Positions 48,501 through 59,000 of a stretch of 64,000 bases of DNA are shown here, piece by piece. The notes under the pieces were generated by a model. It worked only from the letters and a program-made list of their open reading frames with translations, was not told where the DNA came from and ran no database searches. The translations under genes were made by a program, and so were the position numbers. Within the stretch, counting starts at the first letter, position 1. The number at the start of each line of letters is the position of its first letter. The stretch comes from Planctomycetota bacterium (GTDB lineage Bacteria; Planctomycetota; JAJSAM01), in contig JAJSAM010000035.1 of NCBI GenBank assembly GCA_024274785.1, forward strand, positions 85,613 to 149,612, in the 5' to 3' direction.

Positions 48501-48690
48501 CTCCCTGACGACCTTCGCCGGTCTGACGCCCCTCCTGCTGGAGAAGGCCGTCCACGCCCAATTTCTGATCCCGATGGCCACCTCCCTCAGCTTCGGAGTG
48601 ATCTTCTCGACGGCGGTGATCCTGCTGGTGGTCCCCGCGACCTACCTGATCTTCGATGATGTGGCGAAGCTGTTTCGGGGGGCGCGGTGA
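45556..48690 (+). CDS. RND multidrug/heavy-metal efflux permease (AcrB/CzcA-type, 1044 aa)
   Basis: 12-TM topology with two large periplasmic loops. Typical AcrB-family length. ATGA overlap with the MFP gene. Confidence 0.9.
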   Translation: MRALIDWFIESKVAANLLMLFILVGGGITMMGLKQEVFPNVDPDMITVSVIYPGATPEEIEEGICIKIEEEVEGLDGVKKVTSNASENVGVVSIELFEGEDKQAVLDDVKVKVDAISTFPEDAEKPVIQALEMMKQAINLILSGPADPLTLRKLAQEIRDDIADLPEVSRVELTNAVDYEISIEVAEDALRRYGLTFDDVSRAVRQSSLNLSGGTVKTRGGEILLRSDTQAYVGEDFEEILLIRSPDGTRVKLGDVATVRDEFEDVDLWSTEDGRPAMTLTVYRIGDQSAPTVAGAVYDYLDEVRPTLPEGITLGIGNNWEDMLRQRRTLLLNSGAWGLGLIFILLLLFLRFRLAFWVSLGIPTALMGAVWLLPSTGATINMMSLFGFITVLGILVDDAIVVAENIHYQTRLGIGGILAAKRGTREVMVPVVLAVLTTVAAFIPMLSLPGWMGKFAQVIPIVVICALTFSLVESLLILPHHLSRLTAEVPGRKGKFRIIGSLSLVLFWWVDHVYRPILRLALQWRYLTFSAGLAILIVTASLFGPVIKFVFMPVIEGDQIIVSLTMPEGTPVADTTAALKRISDGVEMLSKKYEGDQPGSVFIRTLVSVGSQPQSGQDPTSFGLGRINSPNIGEVFVQLRPPEERGEIHSEALMHELRGLVGDVPGARELRYDVAINRSDSPISLELKSGDLAALRGAADKVKARLAEFNGTYDIADDLVAGKREIRLFVTPQAEALGITQADLARQVRQAFYGDEAQRIQRGRDDVKVMVRYPEEARRSLADLEDMRIRMPGGGEVPFSTVARVTEGRGPSVIRRTDGRRTVTVTAELDLAVANANDIVTELKKPGGFLAELKTEFPQVDWSFEGEQREQAETLSGLFKGAVIALLLIFTLLALVFGSFSQPLIVLLAIPFGFVGAVLGHVLMGLDFTMLSAIGVLAMAGVVVNDSMILIDFVNRRRAEGATAWEAVLESGPRRFRAILLTSLTTFAGLTPLLLEKAVHAQFLIPMATSLSFGVIFSTAVILLVVPATYLIFDDVAKLFRGAR

Positions 48691-48886
48691 CGATACGGAG
48701 CGACGAACGCATGAACGAGGAGCCTCTCACGGTGGTGTTCCCGGGCGAGATGAGACCGGTTGAACCGCACTCCGCCTGGTTCGTCTTCGCGGTTCCTTCG
48801 GCGCATGATCACCTCCCGGGAGAGGAAGACGCATGAGATCAGCATGGGGCGCGGTAAAACCGGGGGAGAAGTGCCCTCGACTGTTC

Positions 48887-48990
48887 ACAGCGCGGCCCTG
48901 CCGCGATGGAGGGTCGATCTCCGGGCGACCGTGCTGGCAGTCCGGGAACGTCACGCAGGTTCTGCGAGTGCCGCGAAGGTTTTGAACGTC
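48887..48990 (+). repeat. Dispersed intergenic repeat, copy C
   Basis: acagcgcggccctgccgcgATGGAGGGTCGAtCTCCGGGCGACCGTGCTGGCAGTCCGGgaaCGTCAcgcaggttctgcgagtgccgcgaaggttttgaacgtc: full-length match to copy A. Confidence 0.85.
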
Positions 48991-49031
48991 CATGGTACAG
49001 AGGCCAGCCGAGCCAGGGGAGCGGGAGCGAG

Positions 49032-50048
49032 TTGAGGACGAATTGCCCTGACACCGTATCGGTCATCCTGTGCATCGCCGCCATTCTGCTCGCGTCCTGC
49101 AACGGTCCCCCGATATCGGATTCTCCGGTGAGTCTCGACGGTGTCGCGACCTGGGCCATCCAGCTCCAGGGGCTCGACCGCGCCGGCGCTATCGACCGCC
49201 TGGCCCGGGCGGACGTCGACCTGGTGGTGATCGAATCGATGAACACCATGCGTGACCACGCTGACTTCCCCATCGTCCCCGTGGTCCGCCAGGTGAAGGC
49301 CACTCCGGGCGCCATGCTTCCGCGAAAGCTCTGCCTGGCCTATCTGAACGTCGGGCAGGCCGAGGACTACCGGGAGTACTGGGGCGAAGACTGGGTTTCA
49401 CCACGCTCCGATGCGCCGGGGTCTCCCGCGTTCCTGCTCGCCGCGGACCCGGATGGGTGGGCCGGCAACTGGCCGGTGGCGTACTGGGACCGGAGGTGGC
49501 GGGCGATTCTCTTCGGTTCCCCGGAGGCGCTCCTCGAACGCGCGATCGAGCAAGGTTTCGACGGGGTGATGCTCGACTGGGTGGCGGGTTGGTCGCGCCC
49601 GCTCGTCTCCGCCGCCGCCCGAGAGGCCGGAGTCGATCCGGCGGCGGCGATGGCCGACCTGATTCGCGAACTCGGCCGCCGCGCGCGGACCCTGCGGCCG
49701 GGCTTCCTGCTGCTCCTGAACGACGGCGCCCCCCTGCTCGAGCGCATCCCGTCCCTTTCGGAGTGCGTGGACGGAGTCGTACGGGAATCGGTCTGGTTCA
49801 CCGGCCGGTCATCGGACCGTTGGGATGACCCCGCCAACGCGGATGTCCGAGTCGCGGACCCGGAACCCGTGATCCGAAGCCTGGCCCACGCGCGGCGTCT
49901 CGGCGTGCGGGTCTTCACTCTCGACTATGCATCCCGACCTTCACGGCGCGAGGAAGCGGTCCGGCGCGCTCATCGAAACGGCTTCGTGCCCTTCGTCAGC
50001 CGCACTCCCCTGGACCGCCTGCCAAAGTACGGGGCCGCGCAAGAATAA
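49032..50048 (+). CDS. GH114-like (endo-alpha-1,4-polygalactosaminidase / TM1410-family TIM-barrel) lipoprotein
   Basis: Lipobox (VILCIAAILLASC). WAIQLQGLD...DLVVIE...CLAYLNVGQAEDYREYW...GFDGVMLDW matches the GH114/TM1410 pattern (the PelA hydrolase-domain family). TTG start 49032 inferred. Convergent with pelG. Confidence 0.55.
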   Translation: MRTNCPDTVSVILCIAAILLASCNGPPISDSPVSLDGVATWAIQLQGLDRAGAIDRLARADVDLVVIESMNTMRDHADFPIVPVVRQVKATPGAMLPRKLCLAYLNVGQAEDYREYWGEDWVSPRSDAPGSPAFLLAADPDGWAGNWPVAYWDRRWRAILFGSPEALLERAIEQGFDGVMLDWVAGWSRPLVSAAAREAGVDPAAAMADLIRELGRRARTLRPGFLLLLNDGAPLLERIPSLSECVDGVVRESVWFTGRSSDRWDDPANADVRVADPEPVIRSLAHARRLGVRVFTLDYASRPSRREEAVRRAHRNGFVPFVSRTPLDRLPKYGAAQE

Positions 50049-50195
50049 CCTCGCCCCTCCGGAGGGAATTCCGGCACTCAGCCCGAGTTGGCTCGATACC
50101 CCTCTTCACCGCAGCGACCCGCCAGGACACCACACATCCTCTGATGGTTTCCACGGTTACGGAAACGCGGCGTGCGCCCTCACGAGAAAGGCGGG

Positions 50196-51572
50196 CTAGT
50201 CCGAGGTGATGGGCTGTCCGGTGAACACGTAGTAGTCGAGGTGCCGGGTAGCTCGAGCCAACAGTACGTATCCGGTGATCAGCGAGAGCATGGCGGCAAT
50301 TGCATAGCCGAAACCGTAGGTCGCCGGACCGAGCCACACACTCGCCAGGGCCAGGCCGCCGTTCAGGACCAGGAAGAGGAGTGACGTGGTGAACGCCTGC
50401 CAGCGCAGGTCGAAGTATAGCTGCATCAGAATGGTGATGAGCAGCATCACGTGGCAGAAAGCACCGATACAGACCGCACGAAAGACCCTCACCGCCGTCG
50501 GGGGCAAACCCAGCTTCTCCAGCAGAACGGGAGCGAAGATCAGGGCCAGGGCCGTGATGGCTCCCTGGATGCGCAGGAGCCGGATCATGCCCTCCTTCAG
50601 GTTGCCGAGCATGGCCATCCGCTTCTGTTCGATGATCGCGAGCGGACGTCCGCCGAGGATCGCACCGAAGTACGATCGATAGCAATCGTAGAAGCCGGTC
50701 TCCACCCGCACCAGGTTCACTGCCAGAGCGGGGATGACCGTCAGGTAGGCGAGGAAGCAGCAGGTGTCGTAGAGCGGATGGTAGAGGATCAACGGGTGCG
50801 GGCCGATGCCGTCCGCCACCCAGAAGATGATCTTGTCGATCCAGATCCCGGCGTTGTAGGCCACCCCCACGACCAGCAGGCGCGGAAACTCGGAAACGCT
50901 CGCCAGAACCGCGAAATCGCGGTCTCCTTCGGTGTGGAGGCCCCGGACGATGGCTCGCACCAGGTAGACCAGGGCCAACCCCTGTCCGGCGGTGTAGGCG
51001 GCCATCAGGCCGAGGGTGCCACAGGGTCTCTCGAGGGCGGCGACCAGGCCGAAGACCAGGAGAGCGCCCAGGCCGTAGCCTTTCAGCACCGTGTCGAACT
51101 CCCGCGTCACACCGAGCCAGATCAGTGCCAGCCAGGTGATCCCGAGCACCATGAACAGCGTCACCGCGACGAGAGAGAGGGCCGCCGGAAGACCGGCCGC
51201 GATGCAGAAGATGCTCCCCACCACGAGGTGCGCGACTCCGACGACGAGAAAGCACGCATTGAAGGCCGGGAGGATCTCCCGGTACTGTTTGGTGTAGAGC
51301 CAGTCCGCGACCTTGCGCGTCACCGTGAGTTGCAGCACGCCGACCAGGATCAGGCTGAACGCGAAGGCGTAGGTCACCATGGCCCGGAAGAGATCGTAGG
51401 CCGGGGCGGTGGTCAGGTACGGCGCGAATCCGCTCAGAATCCCCAGCGTGAAGATGGTCACGAGCCAGGGACCTGAGGAGATCAGTCCGGCGCAGGCGTA
51501 CCCGCGGACCCGCGAGATCAGTCCTCGCCGCGTATCGATCATCCGCCGGAGTTCGAACCCGATGCCGGCCAT
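50196..51572 (-). CDS. pelG: Pel polysaccharide exporter PelG (MATE-like, 12 TM)
   Basis: 458 aa. N-terminus MAGIGFELRRMI matches the PelG signature start. Polytopic membrane protein. Confidence 0.85.
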   Translation of the reverse strand: MAGIGFELRRMIDTRRGLISRVRGYACAGLISSGPWLVTIFTLGILSGFAPYLTTAPAYDLFRAMVTYAFAFSLILVGVLQLTVTRKVADWLYTKQYREILPAFNACFLVVGVAHLVVGSIFCIAAGLPAALSLVAVTLFMVLGITWLALIWLGVTREFDTVLKGYGLGALLVFGLVAALERPCGTLGLMAAYTAGQGLALVYLVRAIVRGLHTEGDRDFAVLASVSEFPRLLVVGVAYNAGIWIDKIIFWVADGIGPHPLILYHPLYDTCCFLAYLTVIPALAVNLVRVETGFYDCYRSYFGAILGGRPLAIIEQKRMAMLGNLKEGMIRLLRIQGAITALALIFAPVLLEKLGLPPTAVRVFRAVCIGAFCHVMLLITILMQLYFDLRWQAFTTSLLFLVLNGGLALASVWLGPATYGFGYAIAAMLSLITGYVLLARATRHLDYYVFTGQPITSD

Positions 51573-51573
51573 G

Positions 51574-53079
51574 TCAGACTCCCACTCCGGTGGACGTCAG
51601 GTGTTTGGTGTAGATCTCCCGATAGGCGCCGATCATGTCCTCCTGGTCGTAGAAGCGATTCACGCGCTTCATCAGATTGCGGCCGAGCTGCTTGCGGCGC
51701 TCCGGATCCCGGTAGAGCTTCAAGAGCGCCTCCGCCGTCGCCCCCGGACTCGCGATCGGAGTGATGAGCCCGCCTCCGCCGATCATCTTGTCCTCGGGCA
51801 GGCGTCCGAAGAGCAGCTCGGAGCAGGAGCCCACATCGGTCGCGACATTCGCCAGACCCATGGCCCCCGCTTCGAGGATCACCAGCGGCTGGGCCTCCGA
51901 GATGCTGGTCAACACCACCACATCGACCTTCGGCACTTCCTCGAGGACGTTGACGGCTCCCTCGAGGATCACGTTGTCGTCGAGATCGAGCAGGGAGATC
52001 AGCTCGTGGCATTCCCGGGCATAATCGGGATCCTCATCCGCGGGCCCCATGACCCGCACCAGGACGTCCGGGACCTCCTCCGCCACGAGGCGGCTGGCGT
52101 AGATCAGGGTCTTGACGTCCTTGATGGGACAGACGCGGCCCACGAAACCGATGGTGTATCGATCATTCTCCGGCCGGCCGAAGTACGCTTTGGAAGCCTC
52201 TCCGAATCGTTTCAGGTCGATGCCGTTCGGCACGACATGCACCTTCTGGCGGTCGGCGCCGTCCCTCACCTGCATCTCCCGGTTCCCCTCGTAGAGGGTG
52301 AAGATCTCATCCGCCAGCTAGTAGCAGACCCCGGCCATCATCTGGAACTGGCGGACCCAGAACCGCTTGAAGTAGGGAGCGGTGCGCTCCGCGACGAGTT
52401 CCCCCGATTCCCAGTCCTCGATCCAATCCGCGCGGTTGATCTCGATGCGCCGTTCCTTGGTGTAGATCCCGTGCTCGGTCAGCAGCATCGGCCTCTGATG
52501 ACGGACCTTGCACGCCGCGGCGAGGATTCCGGCGTAGCCCGTGGAGATGGTGTGGTAGAGACCCGCCGCGGGCGCATTTGCGGCCAGCACGTTGAAGAGC
52601 GGCATATTCGAGTAGCGCCAGGTCCAGAAGAAGTTCAGGAAGCTCTCCTCCTCCGCCTCCGCCCGGTACGTATCCACCAGCACTTCCCAGCTCTCCCGGG
52701 TCTGGAGGAGGTCGTAGGAGTTCATCCCCGCGCCGCCGTCCTCCTCGAGCGATCGGATGAAGTCGGCGAACGCTCCGATCCTGCCCGCGCACATGTCCTC
52801 GACCAGGTCCCGGAACCGATCCACCTTCTCCCGGTTGTCGCCCTCTCCCCGATTCTCGGACATCGTGTACTCGTGCAGGCAGACCTCCTCCAACCCCACG
52901 ACGTTCTTCGGCATTTCGTAGGCCGGCCCCTTCGGGTAGTACCCGCGCTTGGGGCTGACGTGCATGATCGTGAAGGTGAGCTCCGGCAGTTGCCGGATGA
53001 TCTGGTGCACCCAGGAGGAAACTCCTCCCTTCACGAACGGATAGGTGCCCTCCAGGAGCAGGCAGATATCGGGGGTCAT
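51574..53079 (-). CDS. pelF: Pel glycosyltransferase PelF (GT4), interrupted by an in-frame TAG at 52318-52320 (possible pseudogene)
   Basis: N-terminal part (52318..53079) and GT4 C-terminal part (51574..52275, ...FVGRVCPIKDV...EAQPLVILEAGAMG) are in the same frame. Reading through gives ...FQMMAGVCY*LADEIFTLYEGNREMQVRD... continuous with PelF. Confidence 0.8.
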
Positions 53080-54188
53080 GGTCTCGCTCCCGCGGGCACG
53101 CCGTCTCCGGCCCGCTCTGTTTCTTCCGTCACCTCGTCCCCGTCCCCGTCTTCACCTTCATCCTCGCCCGTGTCCCGCAACGCCTCGAGCCAGCCGGGCA
53201 GCTCGACCCCCCGCTCGGCGAGTTGTTCCGCCTCCTCGCGGGCGTGTGCGAAGTCCCGATCGACAAAGGCGATCTCGGCCGTGGTCAGGTGGATCTCCGT
53301 CATCGTCCGGATCTCCTCCGGGAGAGAGAGGAGACAGTCGTAGGCCTTCGCGAACTCGCCGATCTTCGCGTGTGACCTGGCTTCGAGCGTGGCGCCCTCG
53401 ACGCTCTCCGGGTCAATCTTCCTCGCGTCACCGGCGGAACCGGCCGCCGCCCTCAGGTGGAATCCGGCCGTCGCCTGATCCAGGACGCCGCTGCTGGCCA
53501 GATCGAAATGGGCCCCGGCCAGCTCGAGATGGGAATCCGCGTCTCCCGGGGCTTCCCGCACCCGTACCCGTCCTCCGGCCACCCGGTCCTCGTGTTCTCG
53601 CACCAGCCGCTCCAGCTCGCCGTAGGCATACAGGCGCACTTCCTGGTCATCATCCTCGAGGCAGTTTCGAATCAGCATCAGGTGGTGCGGTTGCCCCAGC
53701 TCCGCCAAACGGACCAGGGCGCTCCGCTTCTGGTCGGTGCCGCCGTGCCGCAGCACATCCCGGTAACTCTCCAGGTCCAGCTTGCGGGCGAGATCCCGAT
53801 CGAAGTTCCCGGTGAACAGACTCCGCTCGTACTCCGGAATCCTGGGCTTGACATGGTTCTTGTAACGCTCCATGGCCTGGTGGGAGTTCTCCACTCCTTC
53901 CCCCCGGCCCTTGCGGGGCAGTCCAACCGACAAGGCCGGGCCCATGAAGGGCAGGAGCACCGCGATGAGCATCATGGCGTCGCGTTCCGCCGGAGCCAGC
54001 GGTTCGCCACGACGGTGGCGGGCCGCGAAAGTCGCGGGCAGGACGGCCGTGAAATGGCAGAGGAGCCCCCCCATGAACGCGAGGAAACCCGTGCCGAAGA
54101 ACATGAAGCGTGCCCCGGCCGCACCAAGGGCCATGGACAGAAGCGTCAGAGCGATGACGATCAGCCCTCTCCTCGACAATCTCTTCAT
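53076..54188 (-). CDS. pelE: Pel biosynthesis inner-membrane TPR protein PelE
   Basis: 370 aa. Two N-terminal TM segments then TPR-like helical region. Positioned between pelD and pelF. Confidence 0.7.
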   Translation of the reverse strand: MKRLSRRGLIVIALTLLSMALGAAGARFMFFGTGFLAFMGGLLCHFTAVLPATFAARHRRGEPLAPAERDAMMLIAVLLPFMGPALSVGLPRKGRGEGVENSHQAMERYKNHVKPRIPEYERSLFTGNFDRDLARKLDLESYRDVLRHGGTDQKRSALVRLAELGQPHHLMLIRNCLEDDDQEVRLYAYGELERLVREHEDRVAGGRVRVREAPGDADSHLELAGAHFDLASSGVLDQATAGFHLRAAAGSAGDARKIDPESVEGATLEARSHAKIGEFAKAYDCLLSLPEEIRTMTEIHLTTAEIAFVDRDFAHAREEAEQLAERGVELPGWLEALRDTGEDEGEDGDGDEVTEETERAGDGVPAGARP

Positions 54189-56098
54189 CGATAGCCTCCC
54201 GCCACCGGGATGTCCCGCAGCGGCCGAATGTCGGAAAGTGCGTCGATAAACGGCACGTAGTAGGGGAAGTCGGGACCGAAGCTCAGGATCTCGGTCGCCA
54301 ACGGGCCATAGGGCGGATCCGCCTCCGCTTCACCGACCAGGGCCAGCAGACGTTCGGAGATCTCTGTTCCCTGTTCCGGATCGGTCTTGGGGAGAACGGC
54401 CACCACGTGCCCCTCTCCCAGGGCGAAGAGGCTGTCGGTCTGTCGCAGCCCACCCTCCGTCGCCTGCCGGATGTGGAATGCCAGAAGTCCCGGCTCGACT
54501 CCGACGGTCTCTTCGCTCCGGATGGAGATCACCTGCAAGGGGTATTCGTTTCGCATCGCGAGGCCGATCTCCCCGATCAGAGTTCGGAGGAACTCCCGGA
54601 TCGTGCCGATGTGGCGGCCCGCCGGAAGCTCGAAGGCCCGGCCGGGGCCGCAGACGCCTTCGCCGCCCGCAAACAGTCCGGTCATCTGCTCCACCAGGCT
54701 GTCCGGGTCCGGCGTTCCGGGGGCCGGCTCGAAAACGTCGACCTCGATCTCCCCCGGGACCTCCCACTCCTCCCGCTGTTCGGGCACCAGGCGTCGCCGC
54801 AGGGCCTGAGCCCCGTCGGCCGGCGTACCGGGCAGGACCATCAGGTAGCAGCCGGCCTGGGGGAAGCGATAGAGAGCGTCGGAGGCGCGCGTGCGCGTGG
54901 CGAAGCGGTCCACCATGAACTCGTCCACCTCCGCCATGCGCGGAGCGGGGAGGCCGACGGTCCCCCGGATGCGGATCGCGAGGAAGGACAACGGCAACCC
55001 ATGGCGGACCGTTCGGTCGTATTCCAACCCGAGACGCACGCCCAGATCCCCGGCGCTGCCGATCCACTTCGGAGAGGGTTCGAGGTGCGAGAACTCATCG
55101 CTTCCACCCGAGACCGGCGCCCCGTCCTGGTAGGACCGCGTGAGCAGCGCGGAAGTCCACCTGGCAATCGCCTTGAAGGTGCGGATCGTGGATCCGTTGA
55201 GGACCGAAGCCGGAACATCATCCAGACAGAGCAGTGCATCGATGACACCCGGAGCGCCGGTCAGGGGAGTCACGACGAGGGGCCCATTCTCGGGCGGTTC
55301 CTCGGCGGACGAGAATCCGTTGATCTCACGTCCCTCGCGGATCGCGCGTTGTACGTATTCGCTTTCTCGCGAAACCTCGAGCCGGGCCTCCGTCTCCCCG
55401 GCGGGCCAGCCCCGCTGGCACAGAAGCTCGAGCTGTCCATCCAGCCGGGGCATCAGGACCGAGGCGGACGCGCCGCAGTACTCCTCCACCAGTTCGAGGG
55501 CGATCTCACGGATCTCCGCGGGCGAGGCCAGCTCGGTCCGGCTGGCGGTCTCGATCAGGTTGCCGAAGTGACTGTTCTGATCCACGAGCCGGCGCTCCAG
55601 GACCCGGCCGGCCGCGGAGAGCACATCCCGCTGCTGCCGGACCCGTTCGTATTCGGTGCCGGCCTTGGCCAGTTCATCGGTGAGCACTGAAAGCCGATCC
55701 CGCGCGATGTCCCTGAACTCCCCGATCAGGAAGCTCACCGCAAAGAACAGGATCGGCTCCAGCATGATCTTGAAAGTCAGGAGCTCGCGAAGATCCTCGA
55801 TGCCTGATTCCCGCTGCGCGCCGAAAACGACAAGCAGAGTGGCGCAGGCCGCGGCGGTGAGGCCGGCGGTGAGACCCCGACCCGCGGCCATGGGCAGGAT
55901 CACCAGCCAGTAGGGGTGGGGATGCACGCCGAAGGCGCCGATGCGGCCGTCTCCGGTGAAGAACTCGATGAGAACGATCACTCCGTAGAGCGCGGCGACT
56001 TCGGCAAGGACGAGGAACCACCCTCCCCGGCGGCTCATGGCCTCGGGCGGGCTTTCGTTCCCGGCGGTTCCCTGCTTGTCTTGCACCGAAGTTACCAT
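54185..56098 (-). CDS. pelD: Pel c-di-GMP receptor PelD-like (TM region, GAF and degenerate GGDEF-like domains)
   Basis: 637 aa (longer than P. aeruginosa PelD). 4 N-terminal TM segments, coiled coil, then cytosolic domains. Operon context. Confidence 0.65.
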   Translation of the reverse strand: MVTSVQDKQGTAGNESPPEAMSRRGGWFLVLAEVAALYGVIVLIEFFTGDGRIGAFGVHPHPYWLVILPMAAGRGLTAGLTAAACATLLVVFGAQRESGIEDLRELLTFKIMLEPILFFAVSFLIGEFRDIARDRLSVLTDELAKAGTEYERVRQQRDVLSAAGRVLERRLVDQNSHFGNLIETASRTELASPAEIREIALELVEEYCGASASVLMPRLDGQLELLCQRGWPAGETEARLEVSRESEYVQRAIREGREINGFSSAEEPPENGPLVVTPLTGAPGVIDALLCLDDVPASVLNGSTIRTFKAIARWTSALLTRSYQDGAPVSGGSDEFSHLEPSPKWIGSAGDLGVRLGLEYDRTVRHGLPLSFLAIRIRGTVGLPAPRMAEVDEFMVDRFATRTRASDALYRFPQAGCYLMVLPGTPADGAQALRRRLVPEQREEWEVPGEIEVDVFEPAPGTPDPDSLVEQMTGLFAGGEGVCGPGRAFELPAGRHIGTIREFLRTLIGEIGLAMRNEYPLQVISIRSEETVGVEPGLLAFHIRQATEGGLRQTDSLFALGEGHVVAVLPKTDPEQGTEISERLLALVGEAEADPPYGPLATEILSFGPDFPYYVPFIDALSDIRPLRDIPVAGGYR

Positions 56099-59000
56099 CT
56101 CAATGTGAATCTCAGCTCGAGGCTGGATGCTCCTTTCCCCACGTCCGCTCTTCCGAACGCATAGCCGTAGGTCCCACGGAATCCGACCTCGAAGTCGGGA
56201 CCGGGCCGCCAGGAGAGCCCCAGCAGGGCGCCGCCGAAGGGGCCGGGGTCGGCCAGGTCGGTGCCGAGATAGGTCTCCACCTCGACGACCAGCCCCGGAC
56301 CCAGGCTCTCCTCGAGGCGGCCGGTCGCGGTCACGTAGTGCGCCACATCCCGAATGGGCAGAGAGTCGGCGAGTTCCGCGCCGTCGAGGAGCGCCATGCC
56401 CGTGTATCCCAGCCAGGCGCCGATGCGGGGGCCTCGCGATTCGGGAGGCTCACCGGCGACCGTCGATCCGGCTCGCGCCGGCTCGGCTCGGCGGGCCAGG
56501 AGCCCTTCCTGCACCTGCGGCCCCTCGCCACGGAACCACGTACCGAAGGACCCCTCGAGGATGACCATGTCGTCGGAGAGCCGGCCATCCCGTGCCGTTT
56601 CGATGGAGAGGTTCGAGTATCGCAATCGGCCATAGGCCCACCAGTCGGCCTCCTTGCCCGACCGGTAGCCGGTGAGTTCAACTCCGCTGCTGCGTCCGGC
56701 CAGACCCGCCGCCGCCGCGGGATAGGCCAGGGTTTCCAGAACATGCAACCGCAGCTCGTATCGGGCGTACGGGTTCTGCTCCCGCTTCGACACCTCGATC
56801 CAGCCGCCCAGAGGATCGCCGCCCGGGCGGTCCGGATAGAAGTCCGTCCCCAGAGCCAGCTCCCAGTCTCGGCTGAGACGCCGGGACACCGACAGCCCGA
56901 GGCTGGTCAGTTCGGTGTCGAGAAGCTCGAGACCAGATCGGTAGGCCTGGGCCCGTCCCCGGTACGACCCACGCTCCAGGTAGCCGGAAACCCTCGTCTC
57001 CTCCACATCGAGGAGGAGAGAGCCCGAAAGGAGCATCCGGGTGATCCGGTCATCCGCCGCGGTCTCCGTACGGACCAGGAGATTCGCCACCGGAGACGCA
57101 AGCTGGTCGCAAAGGACCCTGCGGGTCTCCCGTGCGGTTCGGTTTTCGGGTTGGAGCGAGAGCAACTCGTCGAATGCGTCCCGCGCCCGGGCCAGGCGCC
57201 CCAGGCCCAGGAACGCTTCGGCACTGGACGCGGCATAGCCGGGATCCTCGCCGTAGAGTTCGATGGCCCGTTCGATGCCGGCGAGGGCTTCTTCATAACG
57301 CCCCTCGAGAATCTTCAACTGCGCGTCCATCCGCAGGGCGCGGGGACTCTCCGCTCCGAGCAACCGGGCCTGTTCCACGACCCGCCTCGCCGCCTCCCCG
57401 CGGTTGAGAATCACCAGGGCGTCGGCGTAGTCGAGCAGCAGATCCTGGTTTCCGGGAACGAGCGCGAGCAGGCGGTCGAAGATCGCCCGGGATTCTTCCT
57501 CCCGACCGAAACGAGCCAGGATCCTGGCCTCCATGGAGCTTCGCGGAACGCTGGCGAAGCCGGCCTCCCGCAACAACACCAGAGCCTGCTCATGCACGGT
57601 CCGGCCCAGATCCTCCTGCCGGCAGGACCAGTAGGCCTCGCCGAGGTAGAAGAGAAGTTCTCCCTCACCGTCCCCTCCCACCGCCAGGGCCCGCTCGAAG
57701 CTGACGATGGCGCCATAGGGGTCGTTGCTCCAGGAGGCGATCTGTCCGATCCTGGTCCAGGATTTCGCCTCTTCGGGATTCTACTCGGCCAGGGACTCGT
57801 AGAGCACCAGCGACAGATCCAGCCAACCTGCCGCGAAGAACCGGTCCGCGAGCCAGGGGACCCAGTCGTTCTTCACATCCGGCCCTTCGAATTCTCCGAG
57901 CGCGACCGGCGCGGGCCTCTCGTAAAGGGCGGGGAAACGCTGCATGAGATCCGCAGCGATCGCTTCGTAGCCCGGATAGCGGTCCATTCCCGCGACCACC
58001 GCCAGGATCTCCGCCGCCTCCTTCGCATCCAGTTCGGGAGATTTCGAGAGCAGGGTGGCCTTGTCGAGGAGCCCTTCGATTCCGGCGCCGGCGTATCCCT
58101 TCAGGCCGCGGAAGAAGAGCAGCGGGTCTTTCGCCCGTTCGACCCTCCTGACCATCAGGGTTCGCACCTGGTCGATTCGCCCGAGAGAGATGCAGAGGGC
58201 CATCGCCTCGGCTTCCAGCTCCGGATCCGGATCCGTTTGCAGCCGCAGGAGCAGGATTTCCGCCAGTTCATCCTGCCGGTTCGCCCGTTTGAGCAGGTCG
58301 TACCGGCGATCGTCGTAGCCGCCCTCCGGCCAGCGCTTCGCGAGATTTTTCAGTTCGGCCAGCGCCGCGTCCACCTGCAGATCCTGGAGGTAGAACTCCA
58401 CGAGCCGTTCGCGCCAGGGACGTGGGTCGTCGGCGACGGTGGAGGCTTCCTCGAAGAGCTCGGCGGCCCGTTCGAGATCCCCTCCCGACAGCGCCAGGTC
58501 CGCCGCCTCTCCGAGACCAGTGGCGTCCCCGGCGGCGCGGGCCAGCTCCGCGACGTGCAGCGACGCTTCGTCGGGCCGACCGAGGTAGCGATACAGTTCG
58601 ATCAGGCGCCGGCGCACCGTGAGCGGCTCTTCCTCGTCCTCGAGCACCCCCTCCAGAGCCTCCAGCTCCTCTTCGTACCGTGACAGCCACGCGGCGATCT
58701 CGGCCCGGCGCTTCTGCACGGTGATGTCGCCGGCGCCGGCCCGGGCGGCGGCGGAGAGCACCAGCAGCGCCCCCTCGCGGAGGCCGGCATCGAGACAACC
58801 CTCCGAGAGGGCGAGAGCGCTCTCGGACGAGGTCGGATCGGCTTCGAAAGCACGGAGCAGCCATCGCATCCGGGCTCGCGGCCGGTAGGCCAGGCGGAAG
58901 TGCTCGGCCAGGATCAGACCGTCTTCGGGATCCACGGCCCCGGCCTGGCCGCCCGCCGAAACCATCGCCACCGCCGCCAGGCGATCAGGAGCGCAATCGG

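Noticed and set aside
48711-48836. 41-codon ORF (MNEEPLTVVFPGEMRPVEPHSAWFVFAVPSAHDHLPGEEDA) just downstream of the RND pump gene
   Set aside because: Has a weak RBS and no recognisable features. Too short to distinguish from chance in GC-rich DNA. Not called.
52318-57783. Genetic-code reassignment of TAG as explanation for the internal amber codons in pelF/pelB
   Set aside because: pelG, ettA and the Trx-like gene terminate with TAG at positions matching expected protein lengths. So TAG functions as a stop in this genome. Global reassignment is unlikely, though local read-through or suppression is not excluded.
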